From the NCBI GenBank assembly GCA_030141605.1, contig JAQGDQ010000008.1, positions 806,001-870,000 of the forward strand: 64,000 bases of DNA, written 5' to 3'. Position 1 is the first letter of the stretch, and every line of letters starts with the position of its first letter. The notes under the pieces are model-generated. The model was not told the origin of the DNA. It did not search any database and saw only the letters and a program-made list of their open reading frames with translations. The DNA is from Tubiluchus corallicola (lineage: Eukaryota; Animalia; Priapulida). The translations under genes and the position numbers were made by a program. Shown in pieces: positions 41,801 to 53,800 of this stretch.

Positions 41801-44800
41801 ATTGAAGTTAAGCAATATCGACCATGGTTAGCAAATTGGTTGATGACCGATAGAAAGCTTGTTTCTTGGTGGTTTCGCCTACCGTACTCTGGCCAGTCCC
41901 CTCTTTGAAAAAAACCTTTACGCTATGTGTCATCTGCCAACTCAGTGTTTTATCTTAACACAGTGAGATAGATTCTAGTCCTGCCGCAACGTGGTATAAG
42001 TATATACTGTCATTGAGCGCTGCATGCTAGCTTGAACTATACCAAACTGTATTTTAAAAAAAGTCACAATATTACTCAATTTTTCTAAAGTTCTCACCAT
42101 AAATTTCATCATGATACGTTTGTAACTAATTTTGCTGAGATTTTTTTATATTGTTCGTTCCAAGCAAGACGATCACCCAAACTAATAGTTTCTTAGTGCA
42201 CTGCAAATAAGTAATAACTAGGTATGGTCGTCTACGAGGAATGTGAAGTGTGCCTGCAGATTTATAAATGATATTTTTCTATTCGATTGACTGTCAGTTC
42301 GGTTGGACTATCCAAACGTTTTAGTTATTAAACAAAGTGAAATATTTATTGGTAAATTATGATTAAGCTTTGATTTTGAACTGTAGTAATTACAATTAAG
42401 GTGTTTCATCTTGCAGACGACCTTGCGTGCAGCCAATCGTCGCTAAGTCAGAAATATTGATAATTTCTTTAATTTTCCACTAAAATAGCCGCCAAGTTAA
42501 TCAGCGAGCTTCAGACTTCATTAGTTTCTATCACTGCAGCTAAACGTTTACACGCTTCGTTATCTTTATTAGTTTAGTTAGTACCACACTGTTGGTAAAA
42601 CTGACCGCTTGGGAGCGCTTGGGAGGCTATGTAATTACATTAATATATTACCATTGATAGCATATAATAAAAATACTGAATCAGCAAATTGTTACGTGGA
42701 GGGGAACAACCGAACGGTTACAGTGTGTGCTTGACAGCCGAAGTTAAGCAACACCAAGTGAACACCATTGGCTCAGTAATCGTTCTGCTGATCATATATT
42801 GTACTGCGTTCACTACCGTACCGACTATGTCATTAAGGGGGGGGGGTATTGTCATCCGAACACGCCTTTGGACATCTCTCTTGATTCAGTGGCTTATCTT
42901 AGAGAGTTGTCTTGATGATGAGCTAGATTTCAGTTATCCCCTTTGATCCTGCTGTTGAATGAATGAGGGATGAAATGATAGGGAATGATGAACTACATCT
43001 TCTGTGCAGCAAACTGCAAAGGTGTTTACTAAAATTACGTTGTTTTTTGAAATCTTTGAAGACATTCTCTAAAATTTGCAAACACCACTGTATTTGCGAA
43101 GTGAAATATGACGCTGCAGTACTCACATACGGCGAGTCCTAGATCATTCTCTTATCATAGTCTTCCGAGTCCTAGTCCTCTCTTCGTCTTATTTTTGTCT
43201 CTTTACTCTCTCTCTTCTTTTCTGGTGCAACGTAGGAGGCGCTAGTTGTATATCAACTAAAAGACAATCACTTCAATCAGAGTGTGGAAAAGGGCTTTGG
43301 ATTTAAAAATGATTGACATGACATATACATTTTGGCACGTTTTATATGACTATCTGTCAATTCAGGTGTTCACTAAGCCTGAGTTGCTAACAATCACGGA
43401 TGAACAGCTCAAGTTTGAATTAACCTGACGCCCAGTTTACATCATCAGTAGCAGATGTATTCATTGCCAGTGTTTACAAATCGGCAAGATCAAGGCGAAA
43501 CATCTTAATGCAGTTAGGGAAGCCATTTACTCCAGATTCATATGTCTGGCTTCTTTTATTTGTTACATTCACAATTTGGCAGATCATTATGTAGCATTGG
43601 ATAAAAGCAAACATTAATTTAATCACAAAATTATGCAATTGGTAAATTAAACAACAGTGCGTAGATAAGTGTTATTATTACTACATATTGTATTGTTAAG
43701 GCTTAATCTAAAGGCCTTGATTTTGATCTTGAAAGTAATAACGTATTGGCACAACTTGTTATGCAATTTGATATGGTGCAGATATAAATTTATATTATTT
43801 TGTTATTACATTAAGTAATTTTATAAGTTTAGTCTATAGCATTTCGGATTGCATAACAAATTGCAACAATATTTTAACTTATTTCGTATTCAGATTACAG
43901 ATCTCTCCGCTAGTTTGCACATATCTTCCAATAAACAATCCACGTCTATCTTGCACTCAATTCAATTCAGTTTATTCGCCTATTTTACAAGATATAACAA
44001 TATACAATATTTAAATGTGAATAATACTGCTATGATAATTGAGACGGGATGGCGAGAGGTCACCTAGCAGCCACCCCTACTTATGCAACATTAATTAGTA
44101 TAGTTAATTATGTGACACAAGTTGCAGCTTTGTGCGAGACTTATTTAATTTGAGGAAAACAGTGCATCGAAATGATAAAATAATAAAAATAATAATAGTA
44201 ATAATAACTATGCATCAAAGTACCAACGTAGCAAAAAACACATTGTGTGAATAATCAGTAAAAGTTGCAGTAACGTATGTAATACACTGGAAAAAAATTA
44301 ATTACTTACGTTATAAAATCACATGCAAATAATCAAACAAAATATTTATATGTATTATTTTAGCTGTTGAAAAAACAGTTCATGGAAATAACAAAATATA
44401 AAATAATAATAATATTAATAATAACCATACATCAAAATGCATATTGTGTCAAAAATTAATGACAGTGAAATACATTAGGAAAAAATGAATTACATGTAAA
44501 ATAAAATCACATGCAATAATCAAACAAAAAATGAAATTGTAATTACAAAAATGTGAACTAAGATATCAAAATAAACCATGCATCAAAATAATCAGATATG
44601 TGTCTATATAGAAATGGAGGTTACTTGTAATCCCAAGATTTCTGGTCCCATTGCTTCTTCGTGCAGACAGCCTCCAAATGTCTTTTCTTGTCACAGAAAT
44701 GGCACTTGGCATCTTTGTAGGGACAGTCTGTCACTTTGTGGGCCTTTCCACAACGGTAGCACTTTGTATCCATGTATGTGGAATTTGACTACTGATGGTT

Positions 44801-47800
44801 CCTTCGTTGACCCTTGTTCTGGTTCAGCTTGACTTTGTTGACGGCCTGGTCTTGGAACTGTAGACAGTTTCCTTAGCAACCTTTGCCGCGTCTTCAGTCT
44901 CGATAGCGACTTGGACAGCACTTGGACGGGCGAAAGTCAGCTCTTTGTCTTGATCTTGAAAATAGCCTTCAAGACAGCTTCATTTTTGACAGAGCATATG
45001 AATCTCTGCCTCAGAGCTTCATCTTGTGGGTCTTGTATTGAAGAACAGTCACAGGTAGCTGCATCTTGGCGTATGCGAGCTGCTAACTCCTGAAGAGTTT
45101 CGCCTGGCTTCCGTTGCATGTCACTCCAGAACTTGAAGCGTTCTTGCACAATGAAGAGTTTCGGGTCAAACTGTTCCTTCATAAAGTCGACAATCTCGTC
45201 TATCGACAGTTCGTTGATGTCCTTGGATGGAGACTGTTGCGTCGCCAGATTCGCCAGTTGTTTGTAGATGGCAGCAGTCTGATTTGTTAGGAAAACATGA
45301 GCCTTGCGTTGGTCAGGCACTGCGTTGGCAGCCACGAAGTTACAAAATCTTGACCAGTAGTCAGGCCACAGTTCAGAAGTTGGATCAAAAGCAGCAAAAG
45401 GTGGAATAGCAGCTGTAAGTACTGATGCAGGTGGAAGATGGGCGCTTGAGGTGGAATTCTCTTCAGCAGTTCGAGCCTGAAGCAGCCTCTTCATAGTGTC
45501 CATATCTTCTTTGTGCTGCTGCGCCTGCCGATCCATCTGTTCCCTCTGGTTATGAATCTGCTGCGTGAGGAGCTTGAGAAGTTCGCCAATCTGCTCCGCC
45601 GTCATTGCTACGATAAACAACTGTCCACTGAGTCACCAAGGATCCTGTCGACTGCGCCAAAATTTGTTGTGTTTTGTTTCTCTCGGACGGCTCGTAGAGA
45701 AAACCAGAAAACACGTCGTCAAATTAAACAGGTTTATTGTGTGAGAATTCTACAACACGCAAGTATGAATGAATGCGAAATAAATATACACAGTCAAGTG
45801 ATAATCTGGAAACGTGAAAGCTAGAAAGCGAGAATCTGAGATTAATACGAGAATAAACTCCAGCGGCCAGCTCCGCCTTATATATCTGTGCAAATGAACA
45901 ATCTAGAAACTACTACTACTTCTCGAAAATTCGACTGCTTCTATAAGGTAAGAAGGTTGTTCTACTGTACTATAGAATGTTCCAGATCTCCACAACACCC
46001 ATGTGCTTAATTGTTTTTTGTAAGCATGTCAAAGTGTAAAAGTGTCAAATGTAAGCAGAGTAAAAGCTACAAAAAAAAACGCAAACTCTCTACTCATTGT
46101 AGAGAGTTTGTGTTTTTGTACTTACACTCTGCTTACATTGATACTTTGGTTAAAAACTGAAGTGAAGAGACAGTAGCCCCATTCACTGAGACATTGGTTG
46201 TTAAAAGCTGTCGCATTTAATAAACTTCTTCAGAAATGAATTATTTGGACTCATTGTATGATCATTCGATTTCCAATAGCTAGTAAAAAACAGGAAGATT
46301 TTGCTCATGCAAATTTCGTTAGCGGAGTTGTCGGAAAAAATGTAAGTGTGCTTTTTGAACTGCAGGCAGCACATTGCTATATTGCTTTAAGTCACACACA
46401 TTGCACTATTTTATTTCTGCTTTAAATTAGGAAGCAAGTTTAATTTCCAAGAAACGACTGTGATGCAGCAGCCCACAGTTCAAAGGGAGTCTTGCACTTG
46501 TTAGTATTTTTTGATTTCTCATTTGTCTTTTAATTTGTGTTTCACGTTTGACCGCGTACCGTATTTCTTAATATGGCTTCCTCCGCACTTTGAATCATAA
46601 ATGTCTTCTGTGATTTCAAGTGCTTGCTTGTACTATTTGTTACGTTTACATGTAATTTGATTTCTCAACTTTGTTCATATTGTTCAAAAAGTGTCAAGGT
46701 TCACAATTGTTTGCTTAATTTATTAACGTGTTTATTGTTTAGTTTAGTTATTGAGTTATAATTAAATAATTACTGATCAAGTGCTTTAATTTTTCAACTT
46801 TAGCCTTTTTTATGAAGTCTGTTATCGTGTTTGCATTGCGACTTATAAATCCTGTGGTAATTTTTACTCATCGCTGGATTATGAAATAAATACTTGTGTT
46901 TCCCATGATTTGAATTGGGTTTGCGTTAGATCCACGCTCAATTGATACTATAAAATAATAAACCATTACCCGCTAACACAAGTGGTCCATGACCCGGTGA
47001 TACCACATAATAGTCACCTATGACCAAATAATGCTACATAACATGTGACCCATGATTGGCTGGTTTATGTTCTGCTGACCCATGACCAATTTCAACTCTG
47101 TATGTTACTTAGTTGCCTGTCACATAGTTTGAATAAACATGAAGCGAAATTACACTGTATTGTACCTCTGATATAAATCACCGCAACTCTGGTTGGCACA
47201 AGAAACGCTGATTTTGTTGGGTGATTTGTGATTGTGCAATCATTGGAATGGAGATTAAAACTTGCCATTTTGTTTCTGTTTAATGTGAACTGTTTAAAAA
47301 TTTTAAATGGAAACTGCGATAATTGCGAATTATTCTAAAATGCTTCTGACTTTTGAGAATTTTCCAATAACTGACAGAGGCCTAATGTGTTACTTTTTAA
47401 AGTTCTTGTAGTTTACCCTAAAGTGTGTTTAGGACACAAACGAAAAGTCCCTTTGCCGAGTGACTTAGTCTCGTCCGCGTAAATATATTTCACGTGAATG
47501 GAGCTTTACTAAAACCTGCTGCAAACGTAAATTTAACCAAATTGGGGAAGTATTTTGCCTGTCACATTGCCTTTTTTCTGTTGATGTACTAGTAGACTTT
47601 AAATGACCAGCAAACGAAAAACAATGTTATATAGTTCAAGTGTGGACCACCATGTGGTGTGCTGAAGAGAACCGCATGCTGAATACTTGCAACGTTCGCT
47701 GAAGTGTTGTTGCCTGAGCAGCAGTTCCACTTCTTTTCATCTACCCTGTCACAGATATAAGGATATGCAATGCTTGTGACCCAGCATACTCACTTCTAGT

Positions 47801-50800
47801 TTGTTTTCTGTAATGTGTAAAACCATAGCGTCCAGTGTGCATGGTGCCTCAACACCAATGACAAGTAATGTACAAATTTTTGTATTAATAAAGGCACTGT
47901 TATGCCTGATAAAGTGCTGGCAACTTTTGTATGGTTACTTGTGTGTTTGCGTATTGTTGATGTAGTGTATTTCTAAGTGGTTATAGGGGGAGGAAAGAGA
48001 TGTGCTTCATGCAGTCAGGTACATGTGACATAGTAATTACCACACAGTATTAAGGCTTTTCCGTCTATTCCGTCTATTAGTTACACAGTGTTCGTCTGAT
48101 ATTGACGTGGGTCTTGTCACATCAGTACAATGTCATACTTGTGATGGTTATTCTCTTCTTGGGAATGTTTTCCAACATTTATAAGTCCAACATTCTCTGG
48201 GGGTGCTGTTATTGTACGTAATTGCCATTAAACCATTAGCGAGCTGTCATAAGATGAACCTACCTCGTTAATTACTGCTAGCGACGAGGAAGTTTTAATA
48301 GCTTGCGATGGGAGTTGAAAGCTTTTTGGTTGAATTTGCTGTTTATTAGAACGTTAACACGTGTTTTTTCCCTGCAGTTCCCATTCATTAAGCTTGTAAC
48401 TACTTCCTTCAAGATAACTGATGAAAAGCTAATTCAGTGTTTTTACAAGGTACATTTTTGCCAAATTCTTAATTCTTTCTTTGTGAAAGCGTAGGAATAG
48501 AGTGTTAGAGAATGTATTTACGAAGCTTAGCTACACATAAGGACAATGGTTAGCCCATCACCTGGCCCTGAAAACCTCATCTTGGATAGGAAACGAGCCC
48601 GAAACTTCTGGATCAGCACCCGAGCATCGTAAAACCACTAGACCACCACAGCTTTCCAGTTTAAATTTTGTCAAAGAGCTCAAATGAAATTACAGTATAT
48701 AATACGTATGAATGACTAACTTCATATTACTTTAAATTGTCATCCGCCTTTGAAAGTTTCTTACTACTTTTTGTCATTTGCCTTCGTTTCTATGTCTAGA
48801 GACAGACTCTCAAGTATTATTGCAATATTGCACTAACTATGAATTCGTAAGCCCTCAGTGAATTAAGCAAGTTGAGCATGAGTATCTAAGAAATTTGTCT
48901 GCAATTCTGAGCTTCTTTGGTCAAATGGAGCAGTTGCTGCCTCTAATTTTATAGTGATCTGTAGAGGTTTGGTTAGCTTCAATGCTGACTGTTTGAAATG
49001 GTTTCTTTATAATTGCAAACTCCCACACAGTGAACATCTTCCTGGGTCTGGAATTGAGGATTCTGGTTTTCAGTTTTAACTATACTGCATCAGAGCTGAG
49101 GTTTTTGGGCTTTCTTACTATGTAGACCAGTATCTGTGTGTGTAAGTCTGGTAGATGCCCACCTCTGTCTTATTTGTTGAAATCGGTAAGCGAATAAATG
49201 ACAGCGATTATGCATAAAACAAGAGACTAAACATCAACAAACGACTATGACAAGATAATGAGCAACAACAATGATGACTATGACAAATGAACAGACAACC
49301 ACGATGTCAACCTCGACAAGAGAACAATCAATAATGGAGATTATGTGAAGATTATGACAATGGAGTATGCAACAACAGTATGACTTTGATAGGGGTATGA
49401 CAGTGAACAAGCAACAAGCATGACTACCTAAATAATGGAACAAAGAACAACAATGACAACAATGGTAAGGGAATAAACAATAACATTGTTCACTATCACA
49501 AGAGAATAAGCAATAACAAAAACAATGCTTACGATTAGGATAAAATAAGCGTCATGTACAGACATATTGGTAGGATTTTAACCGTTCTTGCCAAGGGCAT
49601 TATGCAATGAATTTTCTAAGGATTGCAAAAATCTCTTACAAAATCATTACAGCTCTTGGTTAGTCAAGCCACCTCCTATCAGTTTAGTCAAGCTACCTCC
49701 TATCAGCTCCGGTTTTTACGGACTTAACTTAAAAAGTTCCACCATACTAAATGAATAGTCTTCTATTAGTTTTCTTACATGACTTATTCATTTCATCAAG
49801 TGGCAGCAGTTTCCTTGGCAACGAGGAAGGCTGAACACTTTTGGTAATACAGTTTTAATGACAGTGGATGAAGACATATTGCTCCCTTAACAGATATAAA
49901 TTAATTTCACGTTTTGATGAAGAGTTATTTCGCTTCATATATTTTTTTGTGAATATTGCAAATTTCTCAGAAAGATAAGAAAGAAATGCATGAAAGAAAT
50001 AAATGCAAACATCGGAGATGCACTTCAACAAATTTAAAATTATTTACCCATTGCGACATAATTTCACTCTTAGGAAAAAATAGTATCTAATGGGCAATCG
50101 TCCCGAAATTAACTTTTGATTATGGTTTTGTCTAGTCTGCTAAACAGTGATGTAAAACTTCATTTGCTTTATGTAACATTAATATTTTTAGTTACATTTA
50201 GTACATTTATTACTAGAAACCTGTAATAATAAATAATGATGGCTGACAAATCATTTACTTTTGTTGGCGCACACATTTCCTTTTATTGCAACATATCCTC
50301 AGCAATCTCTTTTTTCAGGAGAAAGTAATATTCTACCTTTGGAACAAAGACTCGCAAAATTTGTTCACTGATGATATAGAACAGCATGAGATTCCCGAAC
50401 ATGGCATTGTAAGGTGAGTCAGTGAATTTGTACACTCATAAAATAGTATGAGATTCTTGAACATGTGATCTTCAGATAAGTCACTGTGTTTGTACACTGA
50501 TAGAATAACACGAGAGTCTTGAACATGGGATTGTAAGATGAGTAAGCAATATATTAATTTCAAACTGAAATTACTGAACATAGGATTGTAAAGCAAGTCA
50601 CCTAGTTTGTACATTTATAGAATAGCACAAGATTCTTGAACATGGGATTGTAAGACGATTCACTGAGTTTGTACATTTATGATGTTGAACAACACAAGAT
50701 TTATGAACATGGGGTTGTAAGTTGCATCACTGAGTTTATACACTGATGAGTCGTATAATAGGACAACATGAGATTCTTGAACATATGACTGAAAGCTCAG

Positions 50801-53800
50801 TCACTAAATTTGCATAATGTAGGGTTAAAATGTCATGTTTAGTACAAAGTTATCGGCTGTTCCTCATTGTTTGTACTTTAATATGTGAATTAACTAAACC
50901 TTTTTTGCTGTTTGTTGGGCAAGATAATGAATTGGACAATTATCATTTGCAATTTTAAAGAATTTAATCTCTTCTATATTTATGTTTTGTAATATGTAGC
51001 ATAGAACATCCTCCTCTTTTCAGACTTGTCTGTTGCTGTCAGAAAATATTAAGTGTTGAAATGTGTTTTTTACAGGTTAGCCGTACAGTGTAAAAAAGAT
51101 TTTATAAGCAGAACTCCACTGCGTCAAACTGATCCAGCCTGCCACCTTCTAAAACACACTCAAAACTCAGGAAATAATAAAGTCGGTGAGTAAAAAATAA
51201 TTTGATGACAGAACTGCTTCCTCTTGGCACTAAAATAAGCAATGTACATTTCATACAAGATTTAGATTTACAGCTTTTTAACAGTGGTATATCTAGACTA
51301 TCTCACACTTCCGGTTCCGGGTCACTTAGTGTCGCTTCGTGGATAGAGTGTCTCGTGCAAATTTTGTTATTTCCTTTGTGCTAGTCATCACTGAAGTGCC
51401 AAAAACATTACCTACCATCTTTATGATGCCACAATCTGCAACAATATAGTGTTGATTTGCCGTAGGAATATTCAGCCACGTAGTGGTAATTAGTAGTTTA
51501 CTGGACTTGGTACAGTCAAAATTTGTGCCAACATCATTAATTTAGTTACCTGACCAGACCGGTTATGACATAACGGAGCTTTTAAGTGTAGATTCGAAGA
51601 TTTCCACATTTAGCAACCATTTATGAAAATACACAGAAAATTCGTTATTCACTGTTTAAGCTGTAATGGAAATTGACCATTTTTGCCAAATGAACAAACA
51701 GCTAATCGCTAAGTGAGTATGTTCCATATAATTGCTTGCCAGATACTATTTTCTTAAACTCCTGACTCTAGAGTTTAGATGACTTAATTGACTGGAAAAT
51801 AATGCCAAAAAAATCCACACAGACCTTTCCCTGTGGGCATTGTGGTGAATCGTTAACTGATAATGATGCATGTATAGCATGCAATATCCGTGGCTGTTGG
51901 TTCCACATTGAGCACGAAGACATGGACCAATCTACATTTGAACTACTGCAAGAACTAACTATTAAACTGCAACATCTGTACCAAAGCTAATGTAACATTT
52001 TACAAAATCTTGATGAATGTCAAGCAAGACTTACAAGAAGTTAAAGCTCAGGTTGCCAAAATTTTTAGCGTGTGCCAATCTAATACTGAAAAGCTTACCT
52101 TGCAAACTCATGGCTAAATCGACTTGAAGCTTGTGCTTCACAGGAAAAAATAGTCGAAATAGAGTCTGAGCAATATCAGAAAGAAATTCACCTGGAAACA
52201 TAGTTGTTTCTGGCTTTAAGCGACAAGTAGAATCTCCACTATCCATAGATACTGTTTGCATTGAATGCTCTAAAATATGCTCTATGATACACTAACATCC
52301 GATGCCACAAACTATAGCAGAAATTCTTAACAACCAGTTCTTCAGTGCATTCACACGATAAAACATGGGCCGTGTGCAGCCTACTTTGACACTCACCTTA
52401 TTGTGCAATGTGGATTTTCGCCCCAATGAAGTTTGTCCCACTCAGAAAGAACTCGTCTGCTGGTCCAGATGGTATCCACGCAGTGTTACTAATTAATGCT
52501 GCTGTCTGTCTAGCTGTACCACTGGCTTTACTTTTTATGAAATCAGTGAGCTTAGATTCTTAGATGATTGGCTTTTGAAATTTGTTTATGACACGAAACT
52601 TACGAATACAGTGAGCTCCGTACAGCAAGTAGAACAAATTCAACGGGACTTACATACCTTATCGGCATGGGCTGCATCTTGGCAAATGGAATTCAACACC
52701 TCTGGCTCCAAGTGCAAAGTCATTCATGTGAGACGTAACAACAATTATCATCAGTATTACTTTTAACAACACTATTTTACCGGCAGTTGACCTAGAAGTA
52801 GACTTAGGACTCACCACTGATGCCAATCTCAACTTCCGCAGCTATGTTGTTAATAAATCGAAGAGAGGCAACCAAGTTCTTGGACTCATACCAATTTCCT
52901 CATGTAATATTGCCTTTTTATATATCTGCCATCAGATCTCTTTTGGATTAAGTAAGTCAAGTTTGGAACCCATACTTCAAGAAGGACATCGACATCCTAG
53001 AACAAATGCAAGAGAGAGCAGTCAATATGATCCAAGGACTTGACAATAAATCATATACTGAGAAATTACAATGTCATGGACTCCATCGACCCTCTCCTCG
53101 ACTCTAGACAACATGGTCGACTGATCGAGATGTTCAAGAGTTTAGGTGGACACACCGATATCAACCATGAAACTTTCCTCACCTTAAGTAATACCAGAGG
53201 TCACTCTTTCAACACAGAGCTAACACCAAGTTATACATGGTTTATACATAACACCACAGCTTTTCTAATGCGGAAATTGATCTATAGATCACGTTTTTTG
53301 TAAATATCTATCCACGAAGAGCACAATGAATTGCCTATTACTTATGTGAAGATAACTGTTTTGCTACACGACAAATATCACAACGTGCTCACTGTTATGG
53401 TAAGCACTACTCACGACTATAAAAAATTTTCTGAACAGGACATAATGTGATGCTTATTAATACATTCTTATGTGGTTTGCTACATTGTTTGTGATACATA
53501 AAGCACTTCAGTGCAAGAGGAGTACTAATGCACAAAACAGTTGTATGTGTTTTTCAAGTATGTGTACTATTAATTTTGGTGATCTGATTACTAAATGTCT
53601 GGTTCTGTACTTTGTTTTTCCACCCAATCCCATATCTTCTGAATTTACTGTAATTTAATGGAAAATCCAGGGCAATTGTGTAGGTAATTACCATTTTCAT
53701 CCAAGAGCCAGTAATTTTCGCTATTTAACATTGTCCATCAGTCGTTGCTTCGATGTTCATTTTCTCTTGGGATGTTTCTAGAGACCAGAAAGTCATTTTC

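Larger units (their letters stand above)
44610..45997 (-). mobile_element. 3'-truncated Ty3/Gypsy (Mag-like) LTR retrotransposon: 5' LTR, PBS and frameshifted gag
   Basis: LTR, PBS and gag lie in canonical order on the minus strand. Gag reads [17 protein letters not shown]...[32 protein letters not shown], then frameshifts, then two zinc knuckles [13 protein letters not shown] and [14 protein letters not shown]. No pol or 3' LTR. Confidence 0.92.

Noticed and set aside
41804-41848. Functional 5S rRNA gene
   Set aside because: Only the internal control region is similar, it is heavily diverged, and the 5' part is missing.
48560-48653. tRNA gene
   Set aside because: A and B boxes are present but no cloverleaf can be built; treated as a SINE head.
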